From assembly GCF_006345805.1 (NCBI RefSeq), contig NC_043003.1, positions 24,304,001 through 24,368,000 on the forward strand: DNA of 64,000 nucleotides. Reading direction: 5' to 3'. Below, piece by piece: positions 55,735 through 64,000 of this stretch. Position 1 is the stretch's first letter. Every line of letters begins with the position of its first letter. The translations under genes were made by a program, and so were the position numbers. The DNA comes from Octopus sinensis (lineage: Eukaryota). The notes beneath the pieces were generated by a model. The model worked only from the letters and a program-made list of their open reading frames with translations. It was not told the DNA's origin and made no database searches.

Positions 55735-56720
55735 CAAGTTGGATATTGGTCCTGCAACAATCGGACGCAATTTGACATCAGTTGGTTTGGGAATCTTTAT
55801 ATAGAGAGTATGGAGGTCTTTTAAGCTGCTGCTGATCTGTTTGGATTTTTGGATTTGAGGAAGTCCATAAAGATTACTTGTTTTCACTTCAAAATTAGTG
55901 AGGTAATCCAACTCCTTTTTTGTTAGTCATCCTTGAATTTGTTGGTAAATTTACCAGTTTTTCTCATAGTTCGTTTATCGGTATTGTTATCTACTTTTCT
56001 GTAGAATTGCTGGTCATTGGGTTGTTCTAAGACCATTTCCCTGAAATGAGTCTTGTCCATTATTAGAATGGCTCCTCTTTTGTCATCTTCTTTAATGACT
56101 ATAGATGAGTCTTCTTGTAGACATTGTAATGTTTTCTGCTCCTCATCTGTAATATTTTATTTTACGGGGTTCGGTGAAATGTTTGAGTTAGCCGATCTTT
56201 TCAGGCATATTATATATTCTTCCAGATGTTTGTTTCTATTTATCGAAGGATTAAACCCTGTTTTGTTCTTGTTATGTCGCACGTTCGGATACCTCTACTA
56301 CTCTACTTTGATTCTCCACTCTGACGACGTCTAGTCTTCTCCCTCTATATCTACGTATTGGGCTAGCCTACTTCATTGTCTGAGGGCGTTCACACAACAG
56401 TTCTGCACAAGCGATGGATCATCTTGTGATTATTTTGAAGAATTCCTCGGTATTTTTTATATGGTCTGTTGTGTTGGATTTAGGAGTTGATGTGAATTTT
56501 AGACCATACTGTAGAATTTTTATTTCACTTTCCATATGATTCCGTTCTGTGAGGTTGATTATTTTTGGGTCAGTTGGTCCAACATTTTCTTGACTCTTTG
56601 TATCGTTAATGTTTTCTTTCGTCTTCGTTTGGAGATCTTGGCCCTAAAAAGTGGAGTGAGTCATTGGTACGTTGTCCCTCAGTCATTCCATTATGTCAGA
56701 AGGTATTTTTCTGATTGTTA
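55735..56720 (-). mobile_element. Penelope-like element RT N-terminal fragment
   Basis: LQYGLKFT.TP, IKEDDKRGAILIMDK and DYLTNFEVKTSNLYGLPQIQKS...KLRPIVAGP. Confidence 0.8.
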
Positions 56721-57045
56721 TACCAATGAAATTTTGGATTTAATAATCTCTAATGAGGATGTGATATCCTTAAATTGACAAAATGTATGTACATACACAC
56801 ACACACGCGCACACACATATACATACATACATATATGTATATAGATATATATTTATATTTATATACATTATATACATATATATATATATTGTACTCACGC
56901 ATGCACATATATATATACATATATACGTGTGTGCGTGTGCGTGTGAGTGGATTTGTGTTTGCGTGGGCGTATGTGTGTGTGTGTGTGTACAATACTTGAC
57001 CGCTAAATCCACAAGATTTTTCACTTTGTTTATTTTTTCTTATTC

Positions 57046-57082
57046 CTTTCTGTTGAAGAGCGTAGGCTCGAAACGTAAAAGA
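57046..57082 (+). ncRNA. Minimal hammerhead-like motif
   Basis: ttt..TTGAAGA-gc-gtag-gc-tc-GAAA-cg-TA-aaag. Confidence 0.4.
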
Positions 57083-57201
57083 CTTTCCCACTTTCTCGAG
57101 CGTCAAACTAATAAAGCTGCTCGTTGTTCATACACCCGTCTTCGTCTTTTGTTTGTCTGTAAATTTCATATATATATATATGTATGTATGTGTATGTATA
57201 C

Positions 57202-57235
<34 letters not shown>

Positions 57236-57241
57236 ATATAT

Positions 57242-57321
<80 letters not shown>

Positions 57322-57441
57322 TGGCCTGCTCGCTTAGCCAGCGGGGTGGCGTCATTCGAAGGCTAAAACAATGCGAACGCATTGTGACCAGCGATGTGTA
57401 ACTATATCTGATGGACTGGTCGGTCACGTGATCACGTGATA
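57322..57441 (+). mobile_element. 3' fragment of the same retroposon as 54105, embedded in (TA)n
   Basis: cggggtggcgtcat..gaagg.taaaa...gaccagcgatgtgtaac...gtcacgtgatcacgtgata. Confidence 0.7.
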
Positions 57442-57453
57442 TATACATATATA

Positions 57454-57484
<31 letters not shown>

Positions 57485-57849
57485 TAAATATATAGTATAT
57501 AGTATAATATATAGTATATATAAATAGCTATATATATATTAATATATATGTGTGTGTATGTGTCTATGTGTGTATGTGTGTATGTTTGTGTGCGTGTGTG
57601 TGTGTGTGTGGTGTGTGTGTGCGTGTGTGTGTCTGAGTGAGTGTGCGTGTGTGTGTGTGCATATATATATATTTATATATATACACTGAAGTTTTATCAA
57701 TCTTCATTCTGCCGACGTTCCTGCTCGACATGACATTAAAAACCTCTCAACTTCACTTTCACTTTTTCTCCACATTTTCCGTTTGTCTTTTCTCTCTTTC
57801 TTGCTCTGTCTTTATTCCTCTCTCTCCAACTTTCCCCCTTTCTCCATCT

Positions 57850-57924
<75 letters not shown>

Positions 57925-58031
57925 CATCTCATCATCAGCGTGATCAACAGGCAATCAATCATATGACCATGAGTTATCGCAGACTAGTAACTGATGGTAT
58001 GAGTAGCAGCGATAGATAATGTTGCTAAGGA

Positions 58032-58065
<34 letters not shown>

Positions 58066-58436
58066 GGTTTTGGTGGTGGTGGTAGTTGTGGTGGTGGTGG
58101 TGGTGGTGGTAAGAGGATTAATGATCATTTTCACGTGACCAAGACCCGTTGTTATTTGTGTTGTTATTTAGCTGCCATATCTAAAAGATTTACCTACCTC
58201 GTGCAGACTCCATTGGCTCGTATCAATGGTGATGAACGTAATGATTATAATGATGATGGTGAGGGTGCAAGGAAAAAGAGGAGAAGGAGGAGGAGGACGA
58301 CGAGGAGGAGAACTATGGTAGCGATGTTTGTGTTTAATGATAATGAGGCCTTCTTTGCCGTACACTCTTCCGTTGACATCTGTATTGCTTAATATAAAAA
58401 CCACGACTTCGGTTATACTTTAGGGAAAAGCATATA

Positions 58437-58975
58437 TTGGGTTGTCCGGAAAGTTCGTGCCAATTTTTAAAGGAAAGAAAATGGTCAATAAATACTCGCC
58501 ATTACATGTTTAATCAACCAACTATGAACCATTTTGTTGCACAATGTGTCTCCATCTTTCCTTTAACTTGAAAATACCCTCTTCCCTGAATTGAGGTGGT
58601 TTAATGGCAAAGAATTCATCAAGGTATCTTTTTACGTCATCCAATGGATTGAAATTTTTACCATCAAGACTATTCTGCAGATACCTGAATAAGTGGAAAT
58701 CCGAAGGAACAATATATGGTGAGTGGGGTAACACATCCCAGCCGAGCTGCAGCAATTTTTGTCTGGTTTCCAAAACATCAAGTGCCGAAAATGAACTTTC
58801 TTATCTTCCATTTTAAAGGGTTACAGAATTAACACAGGTTATAGGAACATAAACCTTCTTCCACGAAAAGATAGCTTAAACTGTGCTCTAAATGGAGGTG
58901 TAGTCAAATCTTATTTTATGGACTCAACCATGTTCTAAAATAAGTCGAAAGGTACGAACTTTCCGGAAAACCCAA
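58437..58975 (-). mobile_element. Internally deleted mariner (539 bp)
   Basis: TIRs ttgggttgtccggaaagttcgt / acgaactttccggaaaacccaa with TA on both sides. ORF 58522-58773 WDVLPHSPY..PSDFHLFRYLQN...RW..IVQQNG. Confidence 0.92.
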
Positions 58976-59039
58976 TACATTACGAATTTACTTCAACCCT
59001 AAAAAATAGAATATTATTACACACTAATCTTATATCGAC

Positions 59040-59269
59040 ATGCTTCATCACCATCAACATGTTTCATGATAATCAGCTTCCTCCTCCACTTCCTCCTCCT
59101 CTTCCTCCTCCTCTTCCTCCTCCCCATCCTCTTTATCATCGCCGTTATCACCACCAAGGTCGTCGACAACACCGGCATAATCGTAGTCACTGGCGTCGTC
59201 GTTGTCATCATAATCATCGTCATCGTCGTGGTCATCTTCATCATTATCATCATCATCATTGTCATCATC

Positions 59270-59301
<32 letters not shown>

Positions 59302-59588
59302 CGTCGTCGTCGTCGTCGTCGTCGTCATCTTCGTCATCATGAACAAGGACTACATCCTTGTCTTCATTCTTTCCACAACACTTTCTACTGTGATTGATGG
59401 TGATGATGATGATGATGATGATGACGATGATGATGACGACGACGAGGAGGATGAAGATGAAGTGGAGGAGGCGTACAACGACGATGATGATGTTGATGAT
59501 GATGATGATGATGATGATGTGATGATGATGATGACGACGACGAGGAGGAGGATGAAGACGAAGTGGAGGAGGCGTACGACGACGATGT

Positions 59589-59642
<54 letters not shown>

Positions 59643-59645
59643 CAG
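59040..59645. repeat. (CAT)n/(CCT)n/(GAT)n compound microsatellite with a duplicated ~60-bp unit
   Basis: gacgacgacgaggaggatgaaga(t/c)gaagtggaggaggcgtac occurs at about 59435 and 59535. Confidence 0.9.
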
Positions 59646-60129
59646 CTACGAAGATGACATATTTCGGGCCCTTGTGACCCAAGACACTGAGGACAATATC
59701 AAAGGACAAAATACAATACAGAAAGGTTGGGGTTAACATCAATCAAACGGACATCAGTAACAATAAAGATATAACAAACAGACTTGTAAAAATTGAATTC
59801 AAAAACCGTTCAACATGAAAAGTTCTCTGGACTTACAGTATTTCAGGGTAAACCTCACACTAAGAATGACCCTGAATGCTTTATTGTCTCGAATTCATCG
59901 AAAGTGCAATCTTCCATTTACTTTCCTCCTACTTAGAAAGCATAGTCAGAGTCGGCCGTTCAGATTCTTGTCACTTTTGATAAGCGTACAATAATACAGT
60001 ACCTTCTTCTCTACCCTCTTTCCCCTTCAAATGTTACTCAGAGAAACTGATGAAAGCTTAACTATGTAAGAAACTCCTATCTTCAAATCTTCGCTACTAC
60101 CACAAAGCAGAGTAAGATTTGATTCCCTT

Positions 60130-60480
60130 CGAAACCGAGGAAAGAGGACGCGTCGATCTTCATCTATATTCTTGGCGCACATCCGGATTCGACCTACATC
60201 CGACTGAAACTGTCCGACACAATCTCACAAGTTGCTAATGTACAAATATTATGCAAGACGATTTCGTTGCCTTGCACACATACACACCTCGTGCAGGTTC
60301 GGCTGTGAGCATTTCTGCACTTGAACAACTTGTGTAGAACAGGTACGATTCATCCCATAGCACTGCCATGTGAAAGACTTTTGAAAGATGCTCATAGTCT
60401 CTGATGCCCAGAGCTCATCATCGGTCATACTCTCAATACACTAAAGAAAGCTAGAGTTGGTTTCCCACCGACGATCTTGT
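60130..60480 (-). mobile_element. Possible Tx1/L1-like LINE C-terminal zinc-finger fragment
   Basis: Reverse complement reads ETMSIFQKSFTWQCY followed by a degraded Cys-containing stretch; weak. Confidence 0.4.
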
Positions 60481-60548
60481 CTCACCAATCTAGTATTATA
60501 AGCGCTCCGTAATATTATAGATGGCAAGCCCAGAACACATGATGATGT

Positions 60549-60596
<48 letters not shown>

Positions 60597-60677
60597 CGAT
60601 GATGATGACGATAATGATGACGATGATGATGATAATGATGATGATGATGATGAGGATGATGATGATGAGATGATGAT

Positions 60678-60875
60678 GCAGAAACGTTAGCACACCGGGC
60701 GAAATGCTTCGCGGTATTGCATCTGTCTTTACGTGCTGAGTTCAAATTTCGCCGAGGTCGACTTTGCCTTTCATTCTTTCGGGATCGATAAATTAAGTAG
60801 TACCAGTTGCGCACTGGGGAACGATCTAATCGACTGGATCCCCTCCTCCAAAATTTCGGACATTGTTCCTAGAGT
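60678..60875 (+). mobile_element. SINE family B inserted in (GAT)n
   Basis: gcagaaacgttagcac.ccgggcgaaatgct...gagttcaaatttcgccgaggtcgactttgcctttcat. Confidence 0.88.
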
Positions 60876-60890
60876 ATAAAAAGATGATGG

Positions 60891-60928
<38 letters not shown>

Positions 60929-61374
60929 TGATGATGATGATGATGATGATATGGTGATTTCATTTATTTGCCATGGGCGCATCAGATGAGGGAGAGACGA
61001 CGATGCGCCAGTTATGATAATAATGATGATGATGTTGATGATGATGATGATGACGACGTCGACAACAACGACGACGAGGAGGAGTAGGAGGAGGAGAATG
61101 AGGAGAAGGAGGAGAATATTTTCGGTGATGATGGCAATGATGATAACGGCGACTGCGGCAGAATAGGTGACAGTAGTGGCATATGTGACAGCAGCGGTGG
61201 AATAGCTATGGTCGTTGTGATCGTTGTGGTAGTGATGATAGTGGTGTCGGTGGTCGCCCACGTGGTAAGGAGGGTGAGAATAATGGTGATAAAGATGATG
61301 ATGATGCTTATTATTGCTTGTCGTTGTTGTTATTATAATTATTATTACTATTATCATCATCATTATTATTATTA

Positions 61375-61405
<31 letters not shown>

Positions 61406-61406
61406 C

Positions 61407-61445
<39 letters not shown>

Positions 61446-62076
61446 TTCAAGACAACCACGACACCAATAATAATAAAAGCCATTGCCGTTGACCTTAACC
61501 CCTACACCACCACCACGCCACCACTAACTACCACTACCATCAACCCCCCTCCCAATCACTCCATGCAACGTATTGATGTCGTATCGAATCGTTCGGCCAG
61601 ATTATTGGAAATCAATTGATCAGGGCGATTATATGAAATTTGTCCACTTCTTCAATTGTTCAAAGAAATGCGACACATACAGACACTATATGCATGTATG
61701 TATGCATGTATGTATGTATGTATGTATGTATGTATGTATGTATGTATGTATGTATGTGTGTGTGTATGTATCAGTTTGTGAACTTGTGTTTGTGTGTGTG
61801 TGTGTAGCTGGATGTGTGTGTATGAGGGTGTCTGCATAAGTGATTAAGTGACAGTGTGTGTGCGCGCGTGCGCACGTGTGTATGTGTGTGTATGTGTCGA
61901 AAAGCAGGCAGGCACGATCGATGCATGCAGACACGTACACACACACACACACACACATACACACATGTGCAAGAATGTATGTATACATACGTAGGCATGA
62001 ATGTATGTCTGTGAGTATTATGCGATGTATGCATTGCTGGATGGATGTTGTTATGTATACGTATGCGTGAATATAA

Positions 62077-62117
<41 letters not shown>

Positions 62118-62606
62118 TATATATATATATATATATATATAATATACATATATACATATATACATATATATATATGTATACATGTATGTGTGTGTGCGTG
62201 TGTATGTGTATATATATGTATATGTGCGTGTATGTATGTTAGTGTATGTTCTATGTATGTATAATCGTATATATATTAATGTAAGTTTGTAAGCATGTAT
62301 GTCTCTATGCATGTGCCCATATAAGTATATATATGTTCGTATATGTCTGCATATATGTGAAGATGCAAGTGTATGTGTGTGTACGTATGTATGGATGTGT
62401 ACGCGTATATCTCCGTCCTTGTCTTATTTCTCAAATTTCTCATCGGTGGAAAAAACGCCATGTTTTTAGCCTAGAAACATTGATCTATCACCGGAATTTA
62501 GGCAATAGGAACAGGACGTTCATGGATTTAGATGCGTATATATGCCCGTATGCGAATGCGTATGTATACATCCAAGTATGCGTGCATATAGTCTTGTGTA
62601 TATACG

Positions 62607-62639
<33 letters not shown>

Positions 62640-63142
62640 AAAATGCATGATTGTATGCAAGCGTGCATGTCATTGCCTGTGTAGATCAACATGTTTTGAT
62701 TTAAGTATTTATACACACATGTTTGCACAGTTACACATGTGTAAATGCATGCACTACATGAAAAAAATTCTCGAATGTTCTTCATCTTTTCACGGTGCTA
62801 TTAATGGCTTGCAGCTGTGGTTTCCTAATTAGCAATATCCTTTCTGGTTTCGTGAATACCAACTTCTCAAAATTGGTGCTGAGTTAGTTTGTTATGCATC
62901 TAAGTACCCCCAATAATTATGGGTATAAACCTAAAGTGTGGTTGGAGTAACTGCCAATTATGCATTAGTTCTGCATAAATGTTTTCTTTCTCAATGATCA
63001 CAGACGTTGTATTAACAGATGCTATGCAAATGGTTTCTATAACAGTGTGCAATTTATTTCCTCTGTCTCAGACCATTATATCTGGTCTGTTATGCTTGTT
63101 TTTTAGTGGTGTCTTCGCAGGAATATTCTCTCTTTTTAATCT

Positions 63143-63394
63143 TTTACTCATTTACTTGTTTCAGTCATTTGACTGTGGCCATGCTGGAGCACCGCCCTTA
63201 GTCGAGCAAATCGACCCCAGGACTTATTCTTTGTAAGCCTAGTACTTATTCTATCAGTTTCTTTTGCCGAACCGCTAAGTTACGGGGACGTAAACACACC
63301 AGCATCGGTTGTCAAGCGATGTTGGGGGGGTCAAACACAGGCACACAAACACACATACATACATATATATATATATACACTATATACATACATA

Positions 63395-63443
<49 letters not shown>

Positions 63444-63608
63444 ATACGACGGGTTTCTTTCACTTTCCGTCTACCAAATCCACTCACAAAGCTTTGGTCG
63501 GTCCGAGGCTATAGTAGAAGACACTTGTCCAAGGTGTTACGCAGTGGGACTGAAACGGGAACCATGCAGTTCGTAAGCAAGCTATTACCACACAGCCACT
63601 CCTACGCC
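63143..63608 (-). mobile_element. Full-length SINE family A
   Basis: Tail tttacttgtttcagtcatttgactg through head ccacacagccactcctacgcct. Confidence 0.92.
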
Positions 63609-63677
63609 TATTATTCTACGAATATTTTTTTCAAAATATTTGTGCTTCCGCTCTGCACATCATTATGACTTTATATA

Positions 63678-63893
63678 CGAGAGTAGCTGGAAAGTTCTTG
63701 GTTTTGGGTAAAAGAAAATAGAGGATGATCACTTAATTATGATTCTATTCAACAAAATCCCCACTCAGAGCCACACACATGTTGTAGCAGTCCTTCAGTT
63801 TTGTTAAGCCCTGTAAAAGAACTCGGAAGTTTGGGCCACCAGCCAGGCCTTTCATGATACCCTTAAAGTCAGGACCTGTTCAGCACCCCCTTT
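63678..63893 (-). mobile_element. Mariner-derived MITE
   Basis: TA-cgagagtagctggaaagttcttgg...caggacctgttcagcacccc; colinear with the 17534 copy. Confidence 0.8.
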
Positions 63894-64000
63894 TCTATGA
63901 ATTGCATTGTACAATAATTTGATTACGATGCCTTTATTCAAAAGCTACATTACGCTTGTTACAACTTCCAGTAATGTATAAAGTTTCATCCTTCCCTAAC

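Noticed and set aside
60040-60085. CTGATGA...GAAA hammerhead candidate
   Set aside because: Stems I and III do not pair convincingly.
59017-61619. Poly-His/Asp/Met/Ile ORFs resembling acidic or metal-binding proteins
   Set aside because: Derived from (CAT)n/(GAT)n/(TAT)n tracts; open on both strands with no splice or domain evidence.

Overview
AT-rich, microsatellite-saturated eukaryotic DNA with no recognisable host exon. The SINE families and simple-repeat load look like an octopus/coleoid cephalopod genome; this is inferred, not proven. Almost all listed ORFs are translations of (AAT)n, (TA)n, (CA)n, (GATA)n, (CATA)n or (GAT)n tracts. The real content is decayed transposons: at least four tRNA-derived SINE families, a 5'-truncated CR1-type LINE, RTE, R4/Dong-like (REL) and Tx1-like LINE fragments, three Penelope-like pieces with hammerhead-ribozyme-like motifs, one near-complete mariner, mariner MITEs and a non-autonomous Helitron. 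The standout is a frameshifted, stop-riddled region at about 8.7-10.4 kb (+). Read across frames, it shows RNA-dependent RNA polymerase motifs F, A, B, C, D and E in the order and near the spacing of nidovirus (coronavirus nsp12-like) polymerases, followed by a possible helicase zinc-binding domain. It is a candidate endogenous nidovirus-like element, identified by eye and needing tBLASTn/HMM confirmation.
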